UHGV virus genome: UHGV-0038495
DNA from: a virus
Reading direction: 5' to 3' (one strand)
Length of the DNA: 64,000 bases
How positions within the stretch are numbered: the stretch's first letter is position 1; each line of letters opens with the position of its first letter. The notes below the pieces were generated by a model, which saw only the letters and a list, made by a program, of their open reading frames with translations, was not told the DNA's origin and ran no database searches. The translations under genes and the position numbers were made by a program. This document shows, in pieces, positions 38,201 through 48,166 of this stretch.

Positions 38201-41047
38201 GAAGATTTAGGTAAAGCGTATGATAAATTATCTGCTGCGCGCGACCGTGCTTATGAGCCAAAAAAATACTATGATGATACTGCATCAATGAACGCTAATA
38301 TCGAAGCAAGAATTAGAGTATATGACAACTATATAAAAGTTCTTGACAATGACGTAAAATTCGATAAAAAATTCTTAACTGGTTTAGGCGCAAAATTTGA
38401 CTCTTGGGGCAATATGACTAATTATGAAGCTTTTATGAAAAATCGTATGGCTAATTATCAAATGCGATTAAACAAAGCTGGTAATGATGACGCCGCAAGT
38501 AAAATTAAAGACCAATGGGAAATTGAAAAAGGGCATGTAGAAGCTTGGCAAGAAAGACATGATACATTAACTGATGCCAGACAAGCAAGAGAAGAATTAA
38601 AAAATACCTTAATAGACAATAAACTTGATAGTTTCCAATTTGAATTAGATGTAAATACTGATAAAGCAGATGTTGCACTTGACCACATATCTTCAAGACT
38701 TTCACATTTAGACCATTATAAGCTTAATGTGTCATTACTTGTAGATGCGCAAGAGGATGAATTAGGTGAAATGCTCAATAAGCTTGAGTATCAGCGTCAT
38801 TATCTTAGACAATTAAATGTAGAAGCGGCTACAGATGGCATGAACAAGAATCTACAAGACGCGATTAATGAAGCTAAGAAAAATATAGATTCACTTGTAA
38901 CAGATATAGAAAATAAAGTTGATGATATTGGTAATGATATTCAAAAAATATTTGATGATTTAGACGATAGATTAGACAGTACAAAAAATAGAATAAGTAG
39001 TTTTAGTGATATTTTAAATAATATGAAAGATATTATTAATCTTTCTGGACAAAAATATACTAAAAATGAAACTTTTAAAGCATTACAATATTCAATACAA
39101 CAGACAAACAAGCAAAATGTAGAATTATTAAAAGGACAAGTAGATGCGCAAAAAGATATTGTTCAAAAACTAAAAAACGCACGGAAGGAGCTTGCCGATC
39201 AAGGAGCTGATGAAGCGGTCTTAAAGCAATGGGATGATAAGATTAAAGAAGCTGAAGAACAGTATACTTCATTAGGCGCTGAACTTACAAGTGCACTTCA
39301 AGACTCAATTTCTAATATTATGGATGCCGCGGTAGAGGCACTTGAAGATGCTATGAAGAAAGCTGAAATGAAATTATTTAATATTGGCGATTTAGAGATG
39401 GCAAAGAATTATTATGAAGAATATCAAGACCTTTCAGAAGAATATTTAGATAATACAGAAAAAACTTATGAATTAGGTAAATTAATGCGTCAAATAAATA
39501 ATTCTATCGCTGACAAGAATAATGTTGCTGGCGCGAAAGAATTAGCAGAACTGGCAGATGAAGTTACCAAGAAACAAGAGAAAGGTGTTAAATTAAGTCA
39601 ATACGATGTAGATTTATTAAATGCTAAGTATCAACTCACTCTTGCGCAAATAGCATTAGAAGAAGCTCAAAATAATAAAACCACTATGCGCCTTAGACGT
39701 GACGCATCTGGTAACTATAGTTATGTATATACCGCAGACGCAGATGCTATTTCAAATGCTGAACAAAATGTAGAAGATAAGCAGAAAAATCTTTATGACA
39801 TATCTAAAGATTATGAAGAAAAAATTGCAGCTTCTTGGTTTGATGTTTTACAACAGTATGAAGAAAGAGTGCAAGAACTTCAAGAAAAATATCAAGCAGG
39901 TATAATAACTCAAACAGAATTTAACAAGCAAAAGGAAGCATTAGATGATATTTATAAACAGAAAATAGAATATATTTATGGTGAACTGAATAAAGTATAT
40001 GAAAATTCTACTTTAACTTTTAAGGATAGCAACTTACAAAAGGCTACTTCTATGAATGAACTAGTGGATATCTACAATAAGTCGAATGAATTTATTAAAG
40101 ATATTTCTACAGATGCGACTCAAAATGCAAAAGACCAAGCGGATGCAGTTACAGATATTTTGGGTTCTGTGGGTATTGAAGTAGGTAAATTGGCTGATGC
40201 CTTTAATACTGCCAATACAGATATTAATAGCAGTGTTACTTCAATGGTTGCTTCAGCCAAAACTTCTTTAGCAGAATTTAATGCTTCGTTAGATACCAGT
40301 ATCCAAAAGATTAAAGAATATGCAGCTGCGGCAAGTGCTGCATTTGACAAAACTGGTGACGCATATGTTGCAACAGGTGATGTAACTGGTTTTACTGGCG
40401 ACTTATCTAAGCAATATATGAACGCGGTTGCCAAAGGTGATATGGAGCTAGCTAATCAACTCTTAGAGGCACGCAAGGGTAAAATGGCAGGTATGGATGC
40501 TAATACTTTATCAAGTCTAATTAATGATGAGCGGTTACAGAAATGGACAACATATTATAACAATCCAGATTCTGCATACTATGAAGCCGCACATGATATG
40601 CTTGATTATGTAAATAATGGGGGTAGTGCTTTACAATGGTGGTTAAAGGTTATGAATAAAATCACTCAAGACAACCCTTACAAAAAACCTTCTTCATTTG
40701 ATTCCGGCGGATACACTGGACCTTGGGGGTCTGAAGGCAAACTCGCGCTTTTACACGAGAAGGAATTAATACTTAATAAAACAGATACAGAAAATATTTT
40801 GGACGCAGTGAATATAATTCGTTCTATGAGTCAATCAATTACTTCTTCTCTTGTAAATGATTTAGTAGATTTGGTAGCTTCTTGGAATAGATTAACTACA
40901 AATGTAAATAGTTCTACAGAAAAAATTCCGCAAGTAATTACCATAGATGCTACATTCCCTAATGTTTCTGTTGCATCAGAAATAGAAGAAGCATTTAACG
41001 ATTTAGCAAACCAGGCAGCACAATTTGCAAGTATAAAAAGAGTTTAG
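32267..41047 (+). CDS. Tail tape measure protein (2926 aa)
   Basis: N-terminal region matches the TP901-family TMP core (MWVTMKNTMRWQFTTAALGGFTGAISDAVSYAHQLD...IGNSFKTIFARLQG). Also long coiled coils, hydrophobic segments and a Gly-rich linker (GGGSGKSKGGGGGGS). Confidence 0.85.
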   Translation: MAKALNYNLNFKANTKEAETALKQLQMQLEKISLKSFKIDSKGFKEAQADARKLQQALNFSTTSTGKLDLTKFNSELKKSGLTVNQLSKQMLSLGVDGEKAFASFAKTISSTQTPIRQTSKMLDEMWVTMKNTMRWQFTTAALGGFTGAISDAVSYAHQLDSALRDIRIVSGESAESMEQFAVDASKAAKRLSSTTKDYAEGALIYYQQGLDQEESRARTETTLKMANVTGDSASEVSSYMTAIWNNYAKGSENLEHFTDVMADLGARTASSSSEIADGLQQFVSLGPVIGLSFDNAAAALAAVSSSTRESAATIGNSFKTIFARLQGLKLGDTLDDGTDLNKYSEALATAGVQIKDSTGQLKDADTILDELMDKWDGLAKDQQVATAQTVAGVHQYARFMSLMEAKDAYRQNLQWAQNADGAVDEQMKYYEESWTAAQDRFKDSLNQVYNQLDIEDGAKTLYNVLDKIASGAAEAIDNVGGIQPIFFALASFLGGTFSSQISNTFSRFKQNIITTITSEEQLKQAHQEMLNVIQEKKDGIGSVAIQKEIEGYEQLIQLKQKVANASKNLSSDEIAYNDAVLQSVEQLLLKEKELRELRVEKEDTYQDLPEDTFNNFAKTVKGGNILRGENGLGGANEERVSAFYNSRNVENNINASNETRIRELIDNVLQLETANAQATASFKRVEEAGKTFSSANEKDINKVRESYAKLLQDIKDDFPLLVKELKKADVDIVDSIESITAQSLEEIKKNIEETKRNLSNLRSNVQRSANLGGQALSGLNINPKKLREAAEEQVNIINQQRETSGMRQNLNDSVIEKPVKKDTVKQILMLNSALSQTAFAMMSVRSIWKDLKDPDISGWEKLTSVLINIGFITPTIMSGIKGINTIIGKKNSLKNIKVDEDIVNKYSQQAQDLQEKINRKNKINISKEGAEQAAVAANEHYIQSLARLSDAKKEAASIDNVLDNAEKARIQNELSLATVEHEQATFLKEKTALNREALLAEEAEIDAQLAQAVAADSVTVSRTGEMRATTASIATSKVKELQNAGEAVSEELVNAALSEGITLQNVDIAVKYKGVAATVAAALAQGQFAVALKAVGVALKGIITAAAPFLPLIVAIGGAIAIFKVVKDAMNEATDNAQEQSDKLQALQENLSNVNQEYEGLKEAQSTYDEAKSGLDGLVQGTQEWNEALEEANNKILEILNNYPELWAYASRDENGLISIDDEGFEELIEKKQEAARKAEAAKVVQQQTSTKADNDLLAEQAGAKWNNEIRDIYSQYSQGQIDESQVRSQVAQQEYEDFNRIEEKLKGINKESAEYREILANNGLSVQDWEEKLTSVDEKTKTIIENANKAKSNSTGADNAMGTYLSSLVATDEDFTEYGNQKQITEALEASYQKKVKEIRKNNSDKDIREAYERETTLKEGDKGYQDNVDEQAKVLAAIKMTKEEAQEVVDQVNSDMQQLQSQVWGESGGGLLGQMLTGNGSAEGYTLEEISKLKSQLDTLMSPEQWANANDEDVIRSLFGVDSETAKEIISRYGTEAIETFVNAVKNFVKADKKDFDPVEQAADGNEEIKDRVDDIKKAYDKLPEDEKKVALEVIPKMTEDDAKSFIKDSKGYIKKYSNDLKAEETFANITKEIDAAKDAGDTYNFDATDVKNYAKQLQNLARQNKIANKELKDNYDLALQVAYSYQKMNDGLEKIRSNWDDWKNIFKTVSPNNSEYQKTLTDYAGQMEKVLGMQLNDLENKDGEAIKLDFLVDTESLKLAEQALNGDADAVDRLKAKAQEKIFFEVYADEIDDSGMRDDLAKMANLITGWVSNHNIEVGASIDNSQFNKALYSMAAATGQTVADIARMFGFTVGGKLDGYDTIQVKRTNLQSVIDDGGMEIDAVSGAASKTATKFQKAKAAGYATVMVPRLSFGVTNSAAGTTGSVPKGVGTTGSKGGGSGKSKGGGGGGSSNKYEPDKLDDEFDKYYYYKKSIEDLGKAYDKLSAARDRAYEPKKYYDDTASMNANIEARIRVYDNYIKVLDNDVKFDKKFLTGLGAKFDSWGNMTNYEAFMKNRMANYQMRLNKAGNDDAASKIKDQWEIEKGHVEAWQERHDTLTDARQAREELKNTLIDNKLDSFQFELDVNTDKADVALDHISSRLSHLDHYKLNVSLLVDAQEDELGEMLNKLEYQRHYLRQLNVEAATDGMNKNLQDAINEAKKNIDSLVTDIENKVDDIGNDIQKIFDDLDDRLDSTKNRISSFSDILNNMKDIINLSGQKYTKNETFKALQYSIQQTNKQNVELLKGQVDAQKDIVQKLKNARKELADQGADEAVLKQWDDKIKEAEEQYTSLGAELTSALQDSISNIMDAAVEALEDAMKKAEMKLFNIGDLEMAKNYYEEYQDLSEEYLDNTEKTYELGKLMRQINNSIADKNNVAGAKELAELADEVTKKQEKGVKLSQYDVDLLNAKYQLTLAQIALEEAQNNKTTMRLRRDASGNYSYVYTADADAISNAEQNVEDKQKNLYDISKDYEEKIAASWFDVLQQYEERVQELQEKYQAGIITQTEFNKQKEALDDIYKQKIEYIYGELNKVYENSTLTFKDSNLQKATSMNELVDIYNKSNEFIKDISTDATQNAKDQADAVTDILGSVGIEVGKLADAFNTANTDINSSVTSMVASAKTSLAEFNASLDTSIQKIKEYAAAASAAFDKTGDAYVATGDVTGFTGDLSKQYMNAVAKGDMELANQLLEARKGKMAGMDANTLSSLINDERLQKWTTYYNNPDSAYYEAAHDMLDYVNNGGSALQWWLKVMNKITQDNPYKKPSSFDSGGYTGPWGSEGKLALLHEKELILNKTDTENILDAVNIIRSMSQSITSSLVNDLVDLVASWNRLTTNVNSSTEKIPQVITIDATFPNVSVASEIEEAFNDLANQAAQFASIKRV

Positions 41048-41057
41048 TATAATATAA

Positions 41058-41078
41058 GAGGGGATTAATTCCCCTCTC
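41058..41078 (+). other. GC-rich hairpin after the TMP gene
   Basis: agaggggattaattcccctct with no clear T-tract. Same family as the hairpins at 25449, 30051 and 53112. Confidence 0.4.
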
Positions 41079-41104
41079 AATACTAAGGAGAGAAAGGAGA
41101 AAAT

Positions 41105-44100
41105 ATGGCACATATTACAAGTTTCGACAAACTTTTAGAAGCCATGTCTAAGATTGCAGATTCTAGTGATTCTAAATTAAAATATGATAAGACTGTAATT
41201 ATGGAAATAATTCAGCTTGTAGACGCTACTACTGGAGAATATGCGGTTAAATACCAGGGTAATACTCTTCAAGCCTTTGCCGCGGATTTAAAGGCAAAAT
41301 ATAGCAAAGGAAATTCTGTTTATGTAAAAATACCTGAAGGTGATTTTACTAATACGAAGATTATTGAAGGAAAAGTTAATAATAAAGATACCACTGAGCA
41401 AGAGCGCAATATAATAAGTAATACTATTATAGATGTAGAGCCTTCTTGGTTCGCGAAATCCACTTACGGAGTTTTACCTAAAGTAGATGGTCTTGTAGCT
41501 GGAGGGATGCTAATAGATGAAAAAGAGAATCCACAAGGAATTAAGTTTTGGAAACATGATGCCGAAAACGTGCATCATACTGATACAGATACTTTATTAA
41601 AAGTTTATAATAAAGAATTTGATAAATTTATTATAAAAGCATCTTTTATGACTAATTTTTTAGGCAATCATATTCAAGGTAATTATGGTTTAAAATTAAC
41701 TTTAAGATTAGTAAATATGAGTAAAGAAAAAGAAAAGGACCCAGAATATATTACCAAGGATTTTATTTTAGATACAACTTCTTTTACAGGAAATATTTAT
41801 GAGCTATCTTCTTACAGCCCGCAATACGCTGTTTTTCAGATTCCAAAAAATAGTTTTTTAGGTGTTGAATCTTTTACCTTTTTTCAAGAAGGTATGGAAG
41901 TAGATGTTTGGGCCAAACCAAATCCTAGCAATCCAACAGAAAATGAAAAACAACAAATAAGCACTCCGAATATATATGTTAAAAACATTTCAGTAAATTA
42001 TGTTCAAATTTTGGACTATACTCAAGATACATATTATGTTTTGATTGATACCCCAAAAGGCAATAACGTGAACACAAAAGTCTCAAAAATTACAGTAAGT
42101 CCGCGCCTTATATACAAGGGTGAAAACGTTATTTCTGATTCCTCTTGTGAAGTGTATTGGTATAAAGAGAACCCAGATGCGCTCGTAGGAACACCATTGT
42201 ACAGCGCGCAAGTAGGTTGTGGGTGGGAATTGATAAATGACGAAGCAAAAGTTTCTAAAAATATATTGACAATTTTTAAAAATGATGTTATAATAGAACA
42301 AAGATATAAGGTATTAATCTTATATGGTAAAAAGCAAAGTCCATTTACAGGAATTGTAACTATTTATAATAGTGAAAATGAATATTCTGATATTGAGCTT
42401 TTGCGCGATACTGTAAAAGATAAAGATTATTTATATATTAAGAATCAGGAATATAAAGGTAGTTGGTATAGAGAATTACCAAATGGTTCATATATAAATT
42501 TAGATGATAATTATAGTGCAAAAAAAGAAGAAAACGATATTATAGACATTACGGTGAATGTGAGTAGTAATGCAGATAAAAAAGTAAATAAAACTTTAAG
42601 GGGTTATAACAAAGTTAATATTACCGAGTTTTTATCATATCCTAGCTTTACTATCTATTGCAAAATATATGATAAAGATAAAAAATTCTTAGTAACTCGT
42701 CATTATGAAATTAATAATGTTGGTGAAGAAACTGATGTAACTGTTAGTTTTGAAGGTGAAAAGATTTATAGATATGACGCAAATGGCGATATTGCAATAG
42801 AAGAATCAGAAAAAGAGAAAACTATTGATGGTAAAATAGCATGGCGCGAAGGTGCTGGAACCGCATTTAAAGTTAAGTGGATTGATGGTTATGGTGAAGT
42901 TATTGGAACTACTGCTATTCAACCTAAAAATTCTATGATGGAAAATGTTTACGTTGATGGATATAACGTTTTGCATTACACTATTAGACCTAAATATTAT
43001 AACTATTATCAGAATAATACTTTAACTATGCAGATTATTACCATTGATGGAAAAACTTATAATTTCCCTTGTGATATATTGTTTGTTAAAGATGGTGAAC
43101 AAGGGACTAATGGTACTACTTATATTACTATGATTCGTCCTATAAAATTAACGACAGATAAGAAATATAAATTAGACACTGATTATAAAGTAATGATGCA
43201 AGGACAAAGCCAAGCTTTTAAAGCATATGTTTATAAAGATGGTAAACAGATAGAAAATAATAGTAATTATGAATTGCTTTTTGATTGGAGTGCTGAAGGT
43301 TTTGATTTACCAGAGATGCCCAAGGATAATAACAAGCCTTTAGGATATGGTCAAATTATCAATATAACTACTCCAACGAATGCCCCGAAATCAAAAGAAA
43401 TTACTAAATTAATTCCAGAGTTAGATCCTATGGGTAGACCTACCGGGGAAATGATTGAAGCTACTGAAAAAACCAATGAATATACTCCTAGGGGATATAT
43501 ACTTAAAGTTGCAGTTACGATACGAGATAAAAGTACTGAAGGTCAGCGTGCGACAAAAGTTTATTATAATTTTCCTTTAGCTGTTGTATTTGGAGCTAAA
43601 GATTTTGATTCAGTTTCTTTTAATACCAATATTCCTAATTTTGTTCAATATGAATCAGATGGTTCTATTGCATCTTATAAATACGAAGAATTATATGTTA
43701 CATATAATGGAAGTGAACAAATATTAAATGGTGAAATCTTAAGCTATGCTGAAGATACTATTAATATTACTCAAGTAGGCGGAAAATATTATTTACAACC
43801 TGTAAACAGTTATTATTATCAAACCGGTTCAGCTGGAATACAAATAAAATTACCTAATAATGAAGATGGTAGTGATAATGGCTATATAGTTTATTCTATA
43901 ATGATGTATAGAAATACTTTTGGTAATAATTATATTAATGGTTGGGATGGTACTCAGCTTAAATTAGATGAAAAAGGTAATTATTTACTTGCTGCTATGG
44001 TAGGTGCAGGACGTAAGAATAGTGATAATACTTTTACTGGTGTTGTTATGGGCACTATTAAAGATGGTGGGAAAGAAAAAGATGGATTGTTTGGATATAG

Positions 44101-44707
44101 CGGCGGGCAGCAAACTTTTTCTCTAGACGCTGAAACAGGTAATGCTACTTTCGGAAAAAATCAGCAGATACAAATTACTGCTGATGATGCAACTATTGCA
44201 GGAAGTTTGTCAGAAGAAAATTATATGATATTAAAATTAATGCCAACCAATGAAACTAATAAAGCTATTTTAATTCACGCAGATAATGAAGATAAATTTT
44301 ATGCAGATTATCAAGGTAATATTTTTTTAAAAGGGGAAATTAGTTCTGATAAAGGAAAGATTGGTGGTTGGATAATAGATGAATATGGATTGACATCTCC
44401 AGATGGTCTTCATAGACTTAAAACTAATTCAGGACTAACTACAACTGCTATAAGTATACTTACAGCGCCAAATACTTATGGTTCAATAGGTGCTTTTACC
44501 TTAAGCGATGGAACGACAGGTTTTGGAATGATTGGACCAGGTACTATTGCTTTTAGAGCAAAAAAAGGCAGTGGAGCATATCTTAAAGTTCAAGAAGATG
44601 GATATGTAAAATTAGGACCTTCAGTTACTTTGGGAACTTCTAGTGGTACTTTAACATGTAATGTACCTGCTAGTAGACAATCCGGAATTTATGCACAATT
44701 TGCATAA
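41105..44707 (+). CDS. Large distal tail or baseplate protein (1200 aa)
   Basis: First gene after the TMP gene. RBS aaggagag. Confidence 0.45.
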   Translation: MAHITSFDKLLEAMSKIADSSDSKLKYDKTVIMEIIQLVDATTGEYAVKYQGNTLQAFAADLKAKYSKGNSVYVKIPEGDFTNTKIIEGKVNNKDTTEQERNIISNTIIDVEPSWFAKSTYGVLPKVDGLVAGGMLIDEKENPQGIKFWKHDAENVHHTDTDTLLKVYNKEFDKFIIKASFMTNFLGNHIQGNYGLKLTLRLVNMSKEKEKDPEYITKDFILDTTSFTGNIYELSSYSPQYAVFQIPKNSFLGVESFTFFQEGMEVDVWAKPNPSNPTENEKQQISTPNIYVKNISVNYVQILDYTQDTYYVLIDTPKGNNVNTKVSKITVSPRLIYKGENVISDSSCEVYWYKENPDALVGTPLYSAQVGCGWELINDEAKVSKNILTIFKNDVIIEQRYKVLILYGKKQSPFTGIVTIYNSENEYSDIELLRDTVKDKDYLYIKNQEYKGSWYRELPNGSYINLDDNYSAKKEENDIIDITVNVSSNADKKVNKTLRGYNKVNITEFLSYPSFTIYCKIYDKDKKFLVTRHYEINNVGEETDVTVSFEGEKIYRYDANGDIAIEESEKEKTIDGKIAWREGAGTAFKVKWIDGYGEVIGTTAIQPKNSMMENVYVDGYNVLHYTIRPKYYNYYQNNTLTMQIITIDGKTYNFPCDILFVKDGEQGTNGTTYITMIRPIKLTTDKKYKLDTDYKVMMQGQSQAFKAYVYKDGKQIENNSNYELLFDWSAEGFDLPEMPKDNNKPLGYGQIINITTPTNAPKSKEITKLIPELDPMGRPTGEMIEATEKTNEYTPRGYILKVAVTIRDKSTEGQRATKVYYNFPLAVVFGAKDFDSVSFNTNIPNFVQYESDGSIASYKYEELYVTYNGSEQILNGEILSYAEDTINITQVGGKYYLQPVNSYYYQTGSAGIQIKLPNNEDGSDNGYIVYSIMMYRNTFGNNYINGWDGTQLKLDEKGNYLLAAMVGAGRKNSDNTFTGVVMGTIKDGGKEKDGLFGYSGGQQTFSLDAETGNATFGKNQQIQITADDATIAGSLSEENYMILKLMPTNETNKAILIHADNEDKFYADYQGNIFLKGEISSDKGKIGGWIIDEYGLTSPDGLHRLKTNSGLTTTAISILTAPNTYGSIGAFTLSDGTTGFGMIGPGTIAFRAKKGSGAYLKVQEDGYVKLGPSVTLGTSSGTLTCNVPASRQSGIYAQFA

Positions 44708-44733
44708 TTTTAAGAGATAAAGGAGAAAAAAAT

Positions 44734-45093
44734 ATGAAATTATCTTATGAAAAACTTATACCAATTAATGATACTTTACAGGCACTCAGAGACAAGAGTG
44801 CGGTAGACGTGAAAACATCTTTTAAAGTAGTTAGAAACCTTAGACTTCTTGAGCCAGAAATTAAAGAAATTTATGGTGCAAGAGAAAGGTTAATTAGAGA
44901 GAATGGTAAAGATGATGGTAATGGAAATATTTCTGTACCACCAGAAATGGTTGAAGATGTTCAAAGACAATTAAATGATTTAATTCATACAGAAATAGAA
45001 ATTAATTTAATGCCTTTTAAATTAGATGAATTACAGTCTTTTGAGATGACGGTAAATCAGCTTGATGCGCTTTACGAAATTATTGCTGAGTAA
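44734..45093 (+). CDS. Small baseplate-associated protein
   Basis: 119 aa. RBS aaaggag. Confidence 0.35.
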   Translation: MKLSYEKLIPINDTLQALRDKSAVDVKTSFKVVRNLRLLEPEIKEIYGARERLIRENGKDDGNGNISVPPEMVEDVQRQLNDLIHTEIEINLMPFKLDELQSFEMTVNQLDALYEIIAE

Positions 45094-45159
45094 GGGCATT
45101 TTTCTATCATCTACTGTAAACATTTTTTATAATAAGTGAGAAGAGATAAAGGAGGTTTT

Positions 45160-48100
45160 ATGGCAACATTATTTCCGCCGATTTTGGCGGCTTCACAACC
45201 AGCTTTTGTCTCTGCGAATTCGTTTAAAATATATTTTACAATGCCAGAGTTAGTATCTACCTCTAGTATAGGACACCTTCAGATAAAAATAACTTATCAA
45301 TCAAATGGTCGTTCTGTTGCAAATACAAGTAGATATCCTGATGGAATTATTTATAAGAGGGCAGATGAAATGGCGCTGCAAAAAGGTGAAATTAATATTT
45401 CATCAAAAGAAGATTTGGAAAATGGTAATAATCTAAAAACTGATACTTACTATAAGGTCCAAATCAGATTTGGTAGTGACAAAAATTTAACTTGGCTAGA
45501 CGAACAGTCAACTGTAAAATTTTTTGATTGGAAAACTCAACAAATAATTAATAATCAGACCACTTTTCAAGTTTTTGGAGAGTGGTCTACTATTATGGTT
45601 TTAAAATGTATTGACAAACCAACAATAGCAATAACGAGTGAGCAGACAAGCGGTTCTGGTGGCGTGCAGTTTGATAGTACTGTGCGCGCAATTGATACAA
45701 TAGTACCAAAATTTTCGGGTTATTATAGATGTACTTCTAATGAGCCTGTAGATAAATATAGATTCCAAGTATATACTGGGCAATCTATTGATGAAGCAGA
45801 TTTATTTGTAGATTCTGGGTGGCTACAACATGATAGTTCTAAGGAGAATCTTTTATTAGACTATAATTGGATACAACAACATAAAATAGAAGAAACCGAT
45901 GCTTCATATCAAGTGCTTAGTATTGATGAACACAGATTTAATCAGGCATTTGAGGAAGGCAAGCAATATACCTTAGTCTATTCTGTTATAACTAAAAATG
46001 GTTATGAAGGTTCTTCTAAGCCAGATTACTTTGAAGTAGTATTAAGTAGATTAAATAAAATTACTGGAATGTCTCTTACTGTATATGATTATTCAAATCC
46101 TATGACAAATGAAGAAGGATGTATGGTTTTAGAAATTGGTTTTGAAGGCGCAACTACTGGTAATTTTGTTATTATGCGAACAGATGAATTTTCTGATTAT
46201 AAATATTGGGAAGATTTGAATTATTTTGTTATATCTGATAATAAAACAACTTTATATAAAACAGATTATACAATAGAAAGTGGAATTAAGTATAAATATG
46301 CAATAGTAAAAGAAAACAGTGTTGGATATAGGTCTATACCTTTAATGGAAAAAGACGCGCCTGCGCGCTGGGTTAATTTCCAATATAATTATCTTTTAAG
46401 CGAAAAAGGTCATATTCGTTTAATGTATGATAATACTATTCAGTCTTTTAAAAAGAACGTTTCTCAAAATAAACAAGACACATTGGGTGGTAAATATCCT
46501 ACCATTACTAAAAATGGATATGCTTATTATACTGAATTTCAAGTTGAAGGACTTATTTCTGTAGAACAAGAAATAACTGATTATATTGATGCAAATGGAT
46601 TTAAATTTAAAGCAGGAGATTGCCTCGTAGGTGCTGATAAAATTTGCTTTAGTGCGTACAGTAAAGATAATTATTTTCACCGAGCAGATGGCTCGGACGA
46701 TTTTGATAGAATTGAGAATGAAGATGGAACTGTTAAAGAATGGAAGGGTGGAGTATTTACTTATCAAGTAAATAATTTGGAGAATATCAATAATTTAACT
46801 GATGATTATTATTTTGTTGAAAGAAAATATCGTGAAACTATTATTGATTTTTTAAATGATGGTAAATATAAATTATATAAATCTCCTACTGAGGGAAATA
46901 TTTTAGTAGTTCTTACAGATGTTTCTTTAACACCAAAAGAAGAAATAGGTAGATTAGTTTATTCATTTAGTGCGACTGCGACAGAGGTGGATGAACCTAG
47001 CTTAAAGAACTTAGACGAATTCGGCTTGATAGATATAGGCGAGTTTTATGAGCAAATTGGTGATGTACAATGTGTTTGTGGACAAATCAGTGGAATATTT
47101 ACTGAAAAAGAAAACATTTTCCAAGCTATTGTAAATGATGCCCATAGACAGATAGGTGATTCTGATTATGAATATCAGTTTAGAAATCTAAAAGCAATTT
47201 CATTTGACACTTATCCTCACTTAAATTTTGTAGAAGAAGCAAGCTCTTATGTTAATGAAATAAATAATTATAAATCAAAGTTGCAAACAGAAGAATTGAC
47301 AGAATACCAACAAGCGAAGATACAGAAACAAATAGACGCCTTACAAAAGAAAGTAGATGTCTTAAATAATTTGAACACAGAAATGAATAGAAATACTTAT
47401 TATCAGTCTTTAGCGGTAAAAATTGATGGTAATGAAATAAGAGTTCAACCAAATAGAATCTATAATCTAGATAATTTATATATGACTGATAGCCATGAAA
47501 TATATGCAATCCCTCATATCATTGGAAAAGATATATTTTATACTCCTATGGTTATTAATTATACTGCGCGCGTGATTACAACCGAAGCTCTAGCTCGTAC
47601 AGTTATTAAAAAAGACTCTCTTACTGTTTGGGGTCAGATTGGTGGTGTATTTGAAACTAATAAAACTATTCTTAATAACTATAATCCATTAAGAATAAAA
47701 ACAGATTGTAGGGTTTATAATGAGGAAAAACCATTAGATACTGCTAATAATAAGTATAATATGGAAAATAGTAAAAATTATTTAGTTATTCAGACCACAG
47801 ATATTTTTTCTGGAATTAAGCAGCTTTGTAAAGAGCAGGCTGAAAAAGCATATAATACTTCATTTAGTAATTACGATGAGGATAATGATACCTATAATGA
47901 TGGATATAGATATTATATTTTTGAGTATATATCTAAATTAGATATTGAAGCAGATGAAGGAACTGTTCTTTATATTAAAAATAAAAAAGGTGAGTATCCT
48001 ATTAGAATTGGTGCAACAGAAAGATATGTTATTACTGATTTGAGGTCAGATGATATACAGGGACTGCGGTTTGAGGAAAATTCAAAGAATTATGCTTTAA

Positions 48101-48162
48101 TTAATTATACTTGTAAAACAACTGTAACAACAATGGGTAATGCGTTGGCGATAGGGGGCTGA
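45160..48162 (+). CDS. Large tail/baseplate protein (about 1000 aa)
   Basis: Start taken at MATLFPP after RBS aaaggagg. The ORF track extends it upstream to 45136. Confidence 0.45.
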   Translation: MATLFPPILAASQPAFVSANSFKIYFTMPELVSTSSIGHLQIKITYQSNGRSVANTSRYPDGIIYKRADEMALQKGEINISSKEDLENGNNLKTDTYYKVQIRFGSDKNLTWLDEQSTVKFFDWKTQQIINNQTTFQVFGEWSTIMVLKCIDKPTIAITSEQTSGSGGVQFDSTVRAIDTIVPKFSGYYRCTSNEPVDKYRFQVYTGQSIDEADLFVDSGWLQHDSSKENLLLDYNWIQQHKIEETDASYQVLSIDEHRFNQAFEEGKQYTLVYSVITKNGYEGSSKPDYFEVVLSRLNKITGMSLTVYDYSNPMTNEEGCMVLEIGFEGATTGNFVIMRTDEFSDYKYWEDLNYFVISDNKTTLYKTDYTIESGIKYKYAIVKENSVGYRSIPLMEKDAPARWVNFQYNYLLSEKGHIRLMYDNTIQSFKKNVSQNKQDTLGGKYPTITKNGYAYYTEFQVEGLISVEQEITDYIDANGFKFKAGDCLVGADKICFSAYSKDNYFHRADGSDDFDRIENEDGTVKEWKGGVFTYQVNNLENINNLTDDYYFVERKYRETIIDFLNDGKYKLYKSPTEGNILVVLTDVSLTPKEEIGRLVYSFSATATEVDEPSLKNLDEFGLIDIGEFYEQIGDVQCVCGQISGIFTEKENIFQAIVNDAHRQIGDSDYEYQFRNLKAISFDTYPHLNFVEEASSYVNEINNYKSKLQTEELTEYQQAKIQKQIDALQKKVDVLNNLNTEMNRNTYYQSLAVKIDGNEIRVQPNRIYNLDNLYMTDSHEIYAIPHIIGKDIFYTPMVINYTARVITTEALARTVIKKDSLTVWGQIGGVFETNKTILNNYNPLRIKTDCRVYNEEKPLDTANNKYNMENSKNYLVIQTTDIFSGIKQLCKEQAEKAYNTSFSNYDEDNDTYNDGYRYYIFEYISKLDIEADEGTVLYIKNKKGEYPIRIGATERYVITDLRSDDIQGLRFEENSKNYALINYTCKTTVTTMGNALAIGG

Positions 48163-48166
48163 TAGT

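Noticed and set aside
33007-40434. Minus-strand ORFs inside the tape measure gene (33007, 33401, 34774, 35290, 36760, 37444, 38458, 38505, 40120)
   Set aside because: They lie entirely within a 2926-aa gene that has clear TMP homology. The antisense frames stay open because of the repetitive Ala/Glu/Lys-rich sense codons.
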